A stretch of 63,507 nucleotides of DNA, the filler included, from Ministeria vibrans ATCC 50519 (Eukaryota > Protista > Filasterea): the NCBI GenBank assembly GCA_943704425.1. It is 9 parts of 9 records of this genome, joined end to end, with 100 filler letters (N's around TTAATTAATTAA, not from the genome) between each part and the next. Parts side by side here need not be neighbours in the genome. Positions count along the whole stretch, not along the records: positions 50,008 to 52,513 come from CALSCP010002155.1; positions 52,614 to 54,701 come from CALSCP010000513.1; positions 54,802 to 59,094 come from CALSCP010002334.1; positions 59,195 to 60,337 come from CALSCP010000028.1; positions 60,438 to 61,962 come from CALSCP010000826.1; positions 62,063 to 63,507 come from CALSCP010002044.1; 3 more parts are not named here. One strand, written 5' to 3'. Numbering within the stretch: position 1 is the first letter of the stretch; each line of letters opens with the position of its first letter. The translations under genes were made by a program, and so were the position numbers. The notes below the pieces were generated by a model that did no database searches, was not told the origin of the DNA, and saw only the letters and a list, made by a program, of their open reading frames with translations. Below, piece by piece: positions 51,002-63,507 of the stretch.

Positions 51002-51864
51002 ATGCCATCACCAACAGAAAGCACACTTGGCGACGAGACTGCGCACGACGCACGGCTGGACGGGCCAGCAGAGGCAGCCGCAGCGGCTTCGGCAGCAGCG
51101 GCGGCCTCTGCATCGGCGCAGGAGGACGGCGACACGCCAAACGAGCACGACGCGTCTGAGAACACTTCGCCCGACGCGCCCGAGGCTGCGCTTGGCGACA
51201 GCGACGACGCCAACGAGCAGCAGCAGCAGCAGCGCACCCGCGACACGACCACGACCAAGGTGTTCTGCGGCGGCCTGCCCTACACCACGACCAGCGCCGG
51301 TCTGGAGGACTACTTCACCAAATTCGGCCCAATCGAAGAGGCCGTCGTCATCTGTGATCGCCACTCCAACAAGAGCAAGGGCTACGGCTTTGTACGTCTC
51401 CCTCTTTCTCTCTCTCTCTCTCTCTTTTTTTTCCTTTTCACCTCATCGTTTTTTTTTTTTTCCTTTCAACTCTTCCTACTTACTCTGTGTGATTTTTTCC
51501 CTCGCCCACGCACCCTTACTAGCCCTTGGGTTCTTTTTAATATTACTCTGGTCTCTTTGATCACTTGGTGTCTTGTTTTTCTATCACAGGAACACAAATC
51601 GGATCGCTTTTTTTTTAACAAAAATCTTAACACACTTTGTTTTGTGCTATTTTTTATTAGATCACATTTGAGCACAAGGAAGACGCAGTCGCAGCCATTG
51701 CCGATCCAAACCCCTTCATTGAGGGACGCAAGGCGAATTGTAACCTCGCCTTTCTCGGAGCAAAACGTACCACTCTCGCCATCCACGTCGTCGACCCGAC
51801 CCTAACCCTGTCTTGTCTATCTCTTTGTTTGTTTCTCTCTCTCTCTCCTCCTCTCTCTATCACT

Positions 51865-51922
<58 letters not shown>

Positions 51923-52513
51923 CCCTCCTCTCTCTCTCTCTCTCTTGCTATATGTGTCTTAGGCCAAAATGGTCATCGTCCTGGCATGAATCGCGGTGGA
52001 TTTGGTCCCCGTGGACACCCTATGCATCCCCATCCCCACAACCCGCGATTTCCGCCCCCATTCCATCCTCACTTTCCAATGGCGTAAGAGAAAAATAATT
52101 AATATTCTCAACATCTAATATAACCTTTGTATAGAAGCTTTCCACCTCCATTCTACTACGCCGGCCCACCCATGTACGGGATGCACGCTGCGCCACCTCC
52201 CCCGTCTCCTCACATGGCTTTTAACGGCGCCCCAATGGCTCTTCCCGCTGCTACTTCCACCACCTCCAACGGCACTTCCTCTTCTCCGTCCAGTCCATCC
52301 TCACCCTCCACCACGACAACGAGCACAGCAGACCCTTCTTCAGCTGCCGCACCACCACCACTCAACAACGGCGGCGCTCCTCTGCCACCCCCACCACACG
52401 CACACTTTGCACACCCCTACGCCCCTCGGCCCTTCCTCATGCAACCCCACCACCCCCTGCCCCATCATCACCATCCCCACCACCTCCAACAACACCATCC
52501 TCACCCCCACCAG
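51002..52513 (+). CDS. Single-RRM RNA-binding protein, RBM24/38-like, Pro/His-rich C-terminus truncated
   Basis: [14 protein letters not shown] (RNP2), SKGYGF (RNP1), [21 protein letters not shown]. Confidence 0.85.
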
Positions 52514-52674
52514 NNNNNNNNNNNNNNNNNNNNNNNNNNNNNNNNNNNNNNNNNNNNTTAATTAATTAANNNNNNNNNNNNNNNNNNNNNNNNNNNNNNN
52601 NNNNNNNNNNNNNGAGTGGATTTCTTGTTCTTTGAGGAGAGGACTGAGACGGGAAATGCGAATGGTCGCAGGAG

Positions 52675-53421
52675 GGACAATGCGAATGAGCTTTCCAAAC
52701 GACGCTGCATTGATGGGCCGAATGGTTGTGCCGTTGCAGTGCTCCATGTAGTGTGCATAGAGAGTGCCGCGAGGCAACGAGACGCCTTCGGCCGGCTAGA
52801 CGGTGGAGAGAAAGAGTCAACGATTGTGACAGGTTCCGACGTGCGAGAAAAGTAGGCTTGAAAGGAGGAGAGTGGACGCTTGAGAAGGAGGGCGAATGGT
52901 CGCAACGGGGGTGGGGGCGGGGCAGATGGGCGCGGCGTACCTCGTAGTTGTCGAGCAGCCACTCGACGGTTGCTGGGCTGTTCTTCATGTTGTTGCCAGA
53001 CGCCGAAATGGCTCGCATCACGTACGCCTGGTGCTGTAACTGTTGCTGTGAGGTCATCGTTTGGGCTATGGCGGACGAAACAAGACAAAAGAGCAGCGTC
53101 AAAGTGGGACTTTCCGTCAAGAAAGAAAAACTTGGCGTTTCACACAAGCACGAACTACGCAGGGAATGCGCACAGAAAACAGGCGCAAGGCGCGCGCCCG
53201 TCGTCGCTGTGCAAACCCGGCATACCTGTGTAGTAGTACATGCCCGGCTGCTGCGGTGCGTACGCGTCGTCGTCGTCATCATCGGGCGCCGACTTGTACT
53301 CATCGTCGTGCGCCTCTTCCGTCGGAAAGTAGTCGTCGTCTCTCATCGTATGGTCACGGACGACTGCGTCAAGCGTCGATCGTGCATTGAGTGCCGCTTG
53401 TCGCGGTCGACGAGAAGACAT
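52675..53421 (-). CDS. RFX: RFX transcription factor, 5' part (DNA-binding domain)
   Basis: SPATVEWLLDNYE|PAEGVSLPRGTLYAHYMEHC...PINAASFGKLIRI is the canonical RFX winged helix. Confidence 0.9.
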
Positions 53422-54011
53422 GACAGACAAAATTATTGAAAATTATTACTCATAATAATAATAATTAATAAATTTATTGATTATTGATTATTGATTAAAA
53501 TTTTCAAAAATATCCCATGGCCCGCCTTCACTGCCACACCTCATTTTCCGCAGTCCGGACTCCGCAAACCGCACTGACTCAGTGACTCTACAATCTACTT
53601 CTTAATGCGCATGGGGCGACACCTTTTAGATCTTCGTCAGGGGTACCGCCCGGTTAGCCTTCCTTTATGATCACCTGGCTGGAGATCACCTTCCGCCCCC
53701 CCACCCCCCCTCCCCCAGAGCGTGTCGGCACGCAAACGCCTTCGTCCCATTGCTGACGTGGCTAAAGACTCCCTCAACTGCCGCGGCGCCACATCCCCTC
53801 CCTCGACCTTACGACGACGCTCCCGGTCAGCGCGCGATCAATTGTGTACCCTGAGTTCTTGCTAGAGCTCTCCCGTACGCAACGACTCGCTACTTTGGAT
53901 ACACCACAAGTAAGAACCCCAGGGCACCGTCTGACTTGCCTATCAAGTCCTAGCTATCGATCCGTACGTAAAGAGATGCACATAATTACATTAAGCGCCT
54001 TTCTTCCATAG

Positions 54012-54500
54012 CTAGTCCATAATCGTGACCGTACCATAAATATTGCGATCATGATCATTATTATTACCTGGAATTCTCGAACAGGATCCTCCAGAAATGA
54101 CCACCGACAGACAGCTTAAAGGCGCTGTCTTTGGCTCTCCGCCACCACCAAGATTGCCAGCAGCAGCAGATGAAAAATGGGGTGTGGCCGGCAGCGGGGG
54201 AGGAGGCGGAGGCGGAGGAATGCCAGAAGAGCTCTCGACAGAGGGAGGAGGTGGAGGAGCCGGCGGTGCGGAAGTAGACCTTGAAGCTGTTGCTGTAGTA
54301 CATGGCGTCGCATTCACTAAAATAATTAATAAGAAATTAGTGTTATGAATACGTTATGACTGACAATTCTCCGCACTTTTCGACGCTGGAACACACGAGA
54401 TGGGCTTCTTAGACTTGGTCTTTGAGGCTTTCTTTGGCGTCTCCTCTGGAAAAGAATCGGATGATAACCCGTCAGAGGACTCTGCGCCGGCGCCTTCTCC
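54012..54500 (-). CDS. 3' fragment of a proline-rich protein
   Basis: Exon-like segments with poly-Pro tracts (PPAPPPPP, PPPPPPPPLP) flanked by splice signals. The 5' end is lost in the (ATT)n tract and contig end. Confidence 0.4.
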
Positions 54501-54599
54501 TAACATAATAATAATAATAATAATAATAATAAATTATTATTCATAATAATAACAAGACGTTATAATAATATTAATACATTTCGCTCTGCAACAATAATA

Positions 54600-54701
<102 letters not shown>

Positions 54702-55103
54702 NNNNNNNNNNNNNNNNNNNNNNNNNNNNNNNNNNNNNNNNNNNNTTAATTAATTAANNNNNNNNNNNNNNNNNNNNNNNNNNNNNNNNNNNNNNNNNNN
54801 NAGAGAGAGAGAAACAAAGTGATAGAGAGAGAGAGAGAAACAAAGTGATAGAGAGAGAGAGAGAAACAAAGTGATAGAGAGAGAGAGAAACAAAGTGATA
54901 GAGAGAGAGAAAAGTGATAGAGAAACAAAGTGATCGAGAGAGGGACAAGACTAACTGTGTTTGCAAATTAGGTTGTCGGAGAGTTTAGAGTGGATGGCCA
55001 CTCAGTTGCAGAGCAAATCGTAATGGGAACACGTTTGAAAAAGAAAGAGATATATAGAGAGAGGAGTGAGAAGGTGTACTGATATAAAAGGGGAAATAAT
55101 GAG

Positions 55104-56239
55104 TCAATGAGGGCGATTGATGAGTGGGCGCATGAAGGAGGGATGTGCGAGGGAGCGCACTTCATGCTCCATTGTGTGGTGCACTGTGGTTGTATCTGCA
55201 CGCATGGAATGAGGGTTAGTGTGTGTGTGTGTGTTTGTGTGTGCGCGTATGGGGGAAGGTGAGTGGGGTACCGGTGGGATTAACAAGGGATTTGAAGCGG
55301 AACTCGCTGTAATGTACTGCATCGACAAACTCATCACATTTGGTGGTGAATCGCGGATTAGACCATATAAGCGAGTCGCGCTTGAGGCGGTCGTAGCACT
55401 CGGTAAAGGCGCATATGTAAATGCACAGGTGGGTACCATCGTAATGGACAGGCGTAGAGTCGTCTGCGGAACACTCGCGGTAAACGAGGAACTGTGCAGG
55501 CCCCACAAGCACAACACATCCACCGCCGCCGTCGATGGCCCATGTCTTGGCCATCAGGTAGTGGCTGTAGAAAGCTGCAATGTGTGCGCTGGTGCTTTGC
55601 GCGCACCGTTGCTCGACGTACGCAATGCCAAGCGAAGCACGAGCGGGTGAGACTGTGGTGAGGACGGTCGTCGCGTCCTCTGCACCAAACGGCAGATCCC
55701 AGTCCGGCTCGTACAGTCTGTACCGATTACCGTAAGGACCCGTCACACGTACTACTGCGTTGGTGTCGGACGGACCACACGAGACGTTCATTTTGAACTG
55801 GGAGTTGCTCAGTCGACCGTGGCGTGCCGTCTGAATAATGAAATTATAGTGCGTGTGAGACACACACAAACAGTCTTCGTTGACGACCTACCTCTGTAAT
55901 GTACTGAATGACCTCCTGAATATCAGGCACAACAATACCAATCTCGCCGTCGAGTCGTTGTGCGGGTTCGTTCGGGAGGACGGGCTAGGAAGGGAAACGC
56001 AACGTACGAGTCAGAGAGAACGATAATAATAGTGTATCAACGTGCGAGTGTTCTTCGTGACTCACTACCAGATGGATTTGCTGGCCTCCAATGTTGATCC
56101 ACATGACGGGCCGTCCGGTGTTCTCATAGGGATCCTGTGTCATAAAGAGGGCGCGCAGAAAGAACTCGGTGGCGAGTTCGCGTGAGGGAACGTTGATGTT
56201 GACGTGCTCGAGCAGCGCAATGTTGTGGACGTCCTGCAT
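55104..56239 (-). CDS. Glyoxalase/VOC-fold protein of a mainly bacterial-type family, spliced
   Basis: LEHVNINVP...ATEFF...DPY...MWINIGGQQIHL; GPYGNRYRL; YDGTHLCIY; C-terminal EHEVRSLAHPSFMRPLINR. Confidence 0.65.
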
Positions 56240-56481
56240 CGAGGGGGTGTGCTATCGAGGAGCGCCGGTGATTCGGTTGGCGTTTGCAGATAAGTTTGAG
56301 GTTGGTCTCAGAAGATAAGAGAGAGAAAAGTGTAAAAGTCAAAAGACGACTTGTTTTCTGATATTGATCTGTTTGATCATTCCATTTGTGTACTGAGCCG
56401 TTGCTGAGAGCTGACTTTTGACTGTCAGTTGTCGACTGCCTTTGCTTCCTTTCCTGCTCTGTTCTCGTGCGTCGTGTCGCG

Positions 56482-57353
56482 ATGTTTTCGCTCATGAGTG
56501 GACTGTGGAAGTACATATTCCAAAAGAACGAATACCATGTTCTGATTCTCGGCCTGGACAATGCGGGCAAGACGGTACGGCCTATGGGGTGTTTGGTGTG
56601 GGGCATGGACAGAGTGCGGCGCCGTCGGCGTGCGTTGTACTGACAGCACATCCGGTGACGTTGCCCCGCAGACGCTGCTTGAGCAGATCAAGCGCGAGTA
56701 CGACCGCAGCTACAAGGGCGTGGCCTTTGAGAAGATCTCGGCGACCGTCGGACTGAATGTGGGCAAGGCGGAGACGATGGGGATCCGGCTGCTGTTCTGG
56801 GATTTGGGCGGTCAGGCGGAGCTGCAGTCGATGTGGGAAAAGTACTTTGCGGAGGCGCACGCCGTCGTCTACGTCATCGACTCGACGGACGGCAAGCGGC
56901 TGCACGCAAGCCAGCAGACCTTTGGTACCGACACCTCGCCTGTGTGCATAGTTTTCATTCATTCTTTTTCAGACGAGATGATCAGCCATCGACTGCTCGA
57001 GTCTGTTCCCGTTCTCCTGCTGGCGAACAAACAAGACTTGGACGACGCCATGTCAGTTGAGTCGATTAAGGGTGTTTTCAACGCTAGTGCTTCATCCGTC
57101 GGTGTGCGCGACTGCAAAGTCCAACCAGTGTCGGCGGTTGTTGGGTAAGCGCGCGCGCGAGAGAGAGAGAGAGTTAGAGAGAGAGGAGGAAGAGAGAAAC
57201 AAATAGAAACAGTGATAGAACATGCACTAACTGTGACTTGTGTGGTGTTTGAACGGGAATAGAGATGGAGTGCGGAGTGGGCTGACGTGGCTTGTGGAGC
57301 GCATCAAGCGCAATGATGCACTGCGACCACCGCACGTGAAAGACATTGACTAA
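56482..57353 (+). CDS. ARFRP1: ARF-related protein 1
   Basis: MFSLMSGLWKYIFQKNEYHVLILGLDNAGKT; TVGLNVG; WDLGGQAELQSMWEKY; LANKQD. Confidence 0.93.
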
Positions 57354-57466
57354 ATGGCGGTGCTTTGTACATAGAATGTAAGATTAATTTCGATTTGTTT
57401 TCTTTTGCTATTTACTAGAAGTACAGGAAAAACGACAAAAAAAAGAGGTGTAGGGAAAAAAGGAGG

Positions 57467-58249
57467 TCACAGCACGGGAGTCTCGTCTGTGGTCGGAGCA
57501 AACGAGTCGAGGCGGACACGTTTAGAGGGAGGTGAGGAAGAGGGATTGTCGGTGGTAGTGGCAGTGGTCGTGGTGATAATGGTTGTGGTGGTGGTGGGGT
57601 AGGAGGAGGAGGCCGGGCGCTTGAGCGAGGCAGTGTCGTTAAAGGCACTGGCCGCTGCGGGTGGTGGTGCTGAAGTGGATGGTGGCGGAGGTGCTGAGGA
57701 AGTACTTGTACCGACTGGTGGTACAGGGGCACTGCCTGGAGCACTATCTGTTGGCACGAGGGCGCTGGCTGCTGCACTCGCCGGCGCATTGGCTGGTGGA
57801 ACGGTGCCGTTGGCCACTTCACCGCGATTTGCCTCATTCCCATTGTGGTGCGACGGACCGGGGCGAGGAGGAGAGCTCACAGTCGCGGTCGCACTCGCAG
57901 CTGGATTGCTCTTGGGACCAGCAAGCTGCGCTTTTCGTTGGTAAAACTCAGTGATGCGTCGCATAATGTCGTCGAGCGACGCCCGAACGTTGCGCGCGTT
58001 CGCTGCCGGCTTGATCATGCGATGCCAGAACTCACCGTCGGCAGTCGGTGGCGGTAGCGGCACCCCTTGCTTTTTGTACGCCATGATGAGAAACGCCACA
58101 GCAAGCTCCTACAACATGTACAGGCGGGGTAAGACTCGAACACACATACACATAGAGACACACATAGACAAGACATAAATAAATCAGACACACATAGACA
58201 AGACATAAATAAATACAGACGCACAGAGACAAGGCTGGAACACACACAA

Positions 58250-58291
<42 letters not shown>

Positions 58292-58858
58292 ACACACACG
58301 ACCAAAAATACAGATTGAATCGTACATCGGCTCGGAACTGAATGGGGAGCGTGGTGCGCAGAGAGTCGCTGCATAGTTGCCAGGCCTCTTGTGCAAGTGG
58401 ACGAGTGAAGCGGATCATCTTGCCCATTTTGATGATGGCGTAGTAGGGTTGTTCGATGTGGACGTCAAAACCTAGGGTGCGCAGTAGAATATGTTCGTTG
58501 ACAAGGAGCTCTTCGCGCAGCAGCCAGTAGGCCTCTTCGTCTTCGGCGGGGGGCGGTCGCTCTCGGTTGTAGCGCAGTCTGAAACAGTGCACTAGAATGT
58601 CGCGCATGCGTGACATGGTCTCCTCGACCTTGGAGGCAAGGAACAGACAGCAGGCGGTCATGGGCCAGACGCCAAAGGCCTTGAAGGACTGGTACATGTA
58701 GAAGCGGTGCATGAAGATGATTGCCGTCGCGATGGTCTGCGGCGGATGCTTGAGGCTCTCGCCCAGCTGCCGGATGCCGCGCGCACACTGGTACCGCGCC
58801 ATCAGCTCGTCAGGGTAGCTCATCCCATCCCGCCGAGACGCCGTGTGGTTGAGCAGAT
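57467..58858 (-). CDS. Transcriptional cyclin (cyclin T/K family), first exon missing
   Basis: TIATAIIFMHRFYMYQSF; CLFLASKVEE; EHILLRTLGFD...PY; DSLRTTLPIQF; low-complexity tail. Confidence 0.88.
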
Positions 58859-59313
58859 GCTGCGTGGGGACGGGGAGAGGAGAAGAGAGAGAGAAAGAAA
58901 AAAAAAAGAATCAAAATCGAAAGGGACGATTTTGTGTGGGGGACAACAGAGGAGACAAACAGGCACAGGCGCGGCGTTACGACGGGCCCACGCCGGCCTG
59001 GTATCGCATGGGCCGACGGCGTACCCGTGCCGTGCGCTCGAAACGGCAGAAAACGAATGACGAAATGTCACAAGATTTTTTTTTTTTTTTTTTTNNNNNN
59101 NNNNNNNNNNNNNNNNNNNNNNNNNNNNNNNNNNNNNNTTAATTAATTAANNNNNNNNNNNNNNNNNNNNNNNNNNNNNNNNNNNNNNNNNNNNTTCTTA
59201 AAAAAAAAAAAAAAAAAAACTCTTCGGCTCGTGATGAAGAGGCCAGTTGTGCCACTGCACAAGAGCACTGGCATGATGCGTGTGGGAAGGGCGGTGGAGA
59301 GGCGGCAGTGCGT

Positions 59314-59457
59314 ACCGTAGCGGCGGTAGCCGACAAAGTTTCGGTACCAAACGAAGACGGGAGCAGCGCGCGTGTAGATCGTCGGCATGTTGGTGGAGAG
59401 CCACGTCGTGATCTTCGGGACGGTTCTAAGAGCCCATTTTTGCATGTGGCCAGCCAT
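59314..59457 (-). CDS. UQCRB: Cytochrome bc1 subunit 7 (QCR7/UQCRB), first exon
   Basis: ...WYRNFVGYRRYG followed by a GT donor resembles the conserved WY..xxGYxxxGL motif. The rest lies beyond the contig end. Confidence 0.55.
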
Positions 59458-59730
59458 ATTCACAATAGAGAAAGAGTGACGATTGAAATTTGAATAATAA
59501 ATTATTAATTAGTATTTCGTTATGATCTCAGCTCAGAATGCTCCGATCCCACTTCTTCGTATGGACATGGATCTATAAAATACCCAACTACAAGTGATAC
59601 AGCCGAGTATCCGCCATACTGAGTCATAATAGCAAAGCAGATTGTGATTTGCAGGACTACGTTCTTGGTGACATGCAAATTCGAAATGCAAGCAAACGAA
59701 AATAGACAACAAAGGGATTCGGGTTTACTC

Positions 59731-60199
59731 TCAGAACTTGGCAAAAGACTTCTGCTTGAGCGCGGCCTTGTCCTTGATGACGCGGACAACGTTGAAGCGG
59801 ACAGTCTTGGAGAGGGGGCGGCACTGGCCAACAATGCAAGTGTCACCAACGGCGCAAGAGTTCTCGAACGCCGGGGAGATGTGTGCGGAGACGTTCTTGT
59901 GGCGCTTCTCGAAACGCTTGTACTGTAGTGACGAAGGGAGAAGAAGAGGAATAATGAGGACGGACCGACTGGGGAAGTACACATGCATGTAAAACTGTAC
60001 CTTGCGAATGTAGTGGAGGTACTCACGGCGGAGGACGAGGGTGCGCTTCATCTTGCGCGAGTGGACCACGCCGGAGAGGATGCGGCCACGGATGGAGACG
60101 TTGCCGGTGAAGGGGCACTTCTTGTCGACGTACGTGCCCTCAATAGCCTCACGGGGGGTCTTGAAGCCAAGGCCGACGTTCTTCCAGTAGCGGAGCTCC
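59731..60199 (-). CDS. RPS11: 40S ribosomal protein S11 (uS17), 3' exons
   Basis: [13 protein letters not shown]...[19 protein letters not shown]...[10 protein letters not shown]...[14 protein letters not shown]. Confidence 0.96.
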
Positions 60200-60982
60200 T
60201 GCGCAGAGGGAGAACGCGACGAGAATGGTTGAGAGTCGTGGAGAGGAGGAGGGAAACACGCTTGTGAGTCGGCGCAAGAGAGGGAGAGAGAGAGAGGGAG
60301 AGAGAGAGAGAGAGGAGAAAAAAAAAAAAGAAAAAAANNNNNNNNNNNNNNNNNNNNNNNNNNNNNNNNNNNNNNNNNNNNTTAATTAATTAANNNNNNN
60401 NNNNNNNNNNNNNNNNNNNNNNNNNNNNNNNNNNNNNAGTACTCCATCAGTACAAACAATTTATGCGTGCATCCTGCCTGTTACCTTTTGAAATTTATTA
60501 CTAATAATATTTATAAGAGAAGAAATAGATGATCGAGAGCTGTACATAATGCTTTATTACTTCTTCGTCTTATATCATTAATAAATGGGTTGCATTCTAT
60601 CTTCGAATCTTGAGCATGATGGGCAGGTCAAAGACAAGGCCGTATACCGACTCAGAGCCCATGAAGAGGGTGGAAAGAGTCGTACATTGCCTCGCCTAAA
60701 ATCAACACGGTTCAATACAACTATTAGTCTCGTGTGTGACTCACCTGCAAAATCGAAAAAGTCCATGTCAACGCCCTCTTCGCGTAACTCACTCTCAAGC
60801 AGTCCACTCACAAGGTCCATAGTGCCCAAGTTTGAGTGGACCACTGAAATAATTAATGCGAAATTGACAAACAGTGAAACAGAAGAGAATAAAGAATCAA
60901 AGAGAAAAGGTATTGTTTTCAAGGGGTGTTTGTATTGCACTACAATTGAGATGGAAGAGAAAGTGAGATAGAGTGAGTGATG

Positions 60983-61252
60983 TTACGCTTCAAGGCCGAA
61001 ATCATCGGCAAATTTGATCTGTTTTTGGAGATCTTCTTCGTTGACTGTGGGTTTGACTGTAGCGAGTGAGCGCAAAACGTCATTCTGGAAAGATGCCATA
61101 CGAGAGGGAATAAAAAGTGGGTGTGAGAGTGACGAAGTGAATTTGAGAAAAGAATTAACTGTGTGTTGTGAGAACGCAATGGTGGCATAATTATAAGGAT
61201 TGTGTGTCCTTAAAGCGTATGTATAGTACGTATGTGTTTCGAGTGCTCTTAT

Positions 61253-61305
<53 letters not shown>

Positions 61306-61873
61306 CATGCTGACAACGGGCTCAAGCAGCTTTTCGCCGTCGACTTCCATCCAAGACATGGCCTGTGCTTGGGGGTCGCCGGGAGAGCATGGCGTAAGGA
61401 AGTCATGGCGTGTGATGGAGGGGTCGTCGCGATCAGGACCACTCACCTGGTAACAAAGAGACGAGTGTGAGAAAGTGAGTGCGAGAAGGAAGTGTATTGC
61501 GTGTACTTGTTTGAAGTGCGTGGCTGTTTGCACTTTGCGCACTGGCTGCATCAATGCATCGCGCACCACCACTCCCAAATCAGCACCAGAGTACCTAACG
61601 ACACACATCCCCACACAGAATGAGCGGAAGAGAGTATATTTGTCTGTGTGTATACCCTTCTGATCGTTTTGCAAGTTCACGGAAGTTTGCCTGAGTGAGT
61701 GTGTTTGGGGTTGAGCCGAGGTGCAAGGGGAACATGCGTGCACGGGCATTGACGTCGGGCAGAGGGATGTAGATGCGCTTCTCAAAGCGACGGCGGATGG
61801 CCGCGTCAAGCTGCCAAGGGATGTTAGTGGCACCCAGCACAAGCACTTGGTCGTTGTCGACGCCCACGCCATT
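60983..61873 (-). CDS. VPS4: VPS4 AAA+ ATPase, 3' exons
   Basis: [30 protein letters not shown]; YSGAD; [16 protein letters not shown]; LTPCSPGD; KPTVNEEDL...FADDFG. Confidence 0.95.
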
Positions 61874-62062
61874 CTGGATGCGACAAATACGATAGTGTGA
61901 GTGAGTAAACAAGGAAGAAAGAGTAGAGAAGATTGGGAAAAAGAAACAAGTGAGCGGGGGGGNNNNNNNNNNNNNNNNNNNNNNNNNNNNNNNNNNNNNN
62001 NNNNNNTTAATTAATTAANNNNNNNNNNNNNNNNNNNNNNNNNNNNNNNNNNNNNNNNNNNN

Positions 62063-62104
<42 letters not shown>

Positions 62105-62174
62105 GGAGAGAAAGGGGATAAAGACAAAGTGAGAGAAGGAGGGAGAGGGGAAGTGACACGAATGTGATTTGGCA

Positions 62175-62683
62175 GGTTGAGAATGCAGTTTGAAGGGAAT
62201 GCGTCGCGGGCGTACTCGCACGACACGCTGTTTCGGAGCTACCAGAGCGCATCAAAAGCACACACACTTAGCGGAGCGACACTGGGTGCGCTGGTGGGTC
62301 GGGTGTTCCCAGGGGTGCATGCTGCGCGGGTGCGTGTATGCGCGACTGAGGGCAGCACAGACATTGACGAAAGGTGACCGAAAAAAATTCGACCACACTC
62401 GCTGTTGACACTCGCTGTTCCACTCACCTGTCGAAATTTGGTTTGTAGTACCGTCTACATGGGACTGGCAGCGCGCAAGAGCACGCAAGACACCAACACT
62501 ACCACAAACAACAACAACAGCAGCAGCAGCGGCAGCAGCAGTGAGGCGGCGGTGCCGGATGCGGCAGTACGCTCCATCCGCTACACTGCATCACTTGTTC
62601 TTGCCGCTGCCTCTGCTGCCACTGCTCGCCAAGAGCAAACCACAACTCCCACTGCTACGGCTGCTTCGTCGCCTCCGCCATGA
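62175..62683 (+). CDS. 3' fragment of a protein ending in a divergent RFX-like winged helix
   Basis: LRMQFEGNASRAYSHDTLFRSY...LSGATLGALVGRVFPGVHAARV...|TVYMGL resembles the RFX/ARID2-type pattern (LY..Y...A.FGK....F.G....R...Y.G). Confidence 0.45.
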
Positions 62684-62769
62684 GCCAACAGCTGAGAGGT
62701 GTATTGGGTTTGATTGTATTGTATATAGGTAAAGAGAGTGAAATGCAAAAAAAACGAGCTGAGGATTTG

Positions 62770-63329
62770 TTACAAGGAGACACCGGCTTCGTCGTATGTT
62801 TCACGGAGATGGGGGAAGACACCGACGTACGGAGTGCCTTCGATCTCACGGCGGAAGTAGTCGATTGTGGCCTTGATTCCCGCCTTGACGGGGACGCGTG
62901 GGGACCAGTCCAGCTATAAAAGAGAGAGAGTGAAAAAAGAGGGAGAAAGAAGCAAAAATAATTAATTATTATTAGTGAGAGAAAGGAGAAAGCAACAAAG
63001 TGGCAAAGAGAGAGAATTCGTGAGAGGAAGAAACGTGTGGTTCTTGAGCGTACAAGTGCGCGGGCACGAGAGATGTCTGGCTTGCGCTTCTGGGGATCGT
63101 CCTGATTGGCCGGAAGATGGGTGACGGGAACATTGGACTGAACAAGGTCCTGGATGAATTTGGTGAATGAGTTGATAGTGAACTCGTCGGGATTGCCCAG
63201 GTTAACGGGCGTGCACGTGGCATTGCTGGCCATGAGAGCCATGAGACCCGCCACCAGGTCGTCGACGTACTGAAACGACCGCGTCTGCTCGCCAGTCCCG
63301 TACACTGTCACAGGGATTCCCTTGAGTGC
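62770..63329 (-). CDS. UXS1: UDP-glucuronate decarboxylase (UDP-xylose synthase), 3' exons
   Basis: TVYGTGEQTRSFQYVDDLVAGL; PVNLGNPDEFTI; DDPQKRKPDISRA; TIDYFRREI. Confidence 0.93.
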
Positions 63330-63349
63330 CTAGTAAATGTCATGTCAGA

Positions 63350-63507
<158 letters not shown>

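Noticed and set aside
60578-60820. Possible small spliced gene (MDLVSGLLESELREEGVDMDFFDFA...)
   Set aside because: Splice-like signals are present but the product is tiny and unrecognised, so support is insufficient.

Overview
This is eukaryotic, gene-dense, intron-rich genomic DNA with GT-AG introns and microsatellite-filled introns. The gene set (RFX, ATP6AP2, animal-like SFR1, DSN1, GULO, ARFRP1) suggests a unicellular opisthokont, probably a holozoan; that assignment is inference. The window is not one molecule: nine contigs or scaffolds are concatenated by eight 100-nt N-TTAATTAATTAA-N linkers, so gene order is meaningful only between linkers. Housekeeping genes include PELP1, ATP6AP2, APC7-like, DSN1, GULO, CHMP4, RRP12, NUP98-96, SDR42E1, SFR1, RPL31, an RRM protein, RFX, ARFRP1, cyclin T/K, QCR7, RPS11, VPS4 and UXS1. 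Two stretches stand out. (1) At 41-50 kb there are three unusual genes: an OspF/SpvC-type phosphothreonine-lyase homologue with its catalytic motifs intact and a C-terminal hydrophobic tail; a 9-exon spliced DUF262+DUF1524 (GmrSD/SspE-type modification-dependent restriction nuclease) gene head-to-head with the recombination mediator SFR1; and an LRR + ClpB-NBD2-type AAA+ fusion. (2) At 12-22.5 kb there is a spliced HerA/FtsK-like ATPase close to a Zn-finger + triple CbxX/CfxQ AAA+ protein. These look like domesticated bacterial conflict or defence enzymes in a eukaryote. All exon boundaries and family assignments were made by eye from motifs, and no searches were run.
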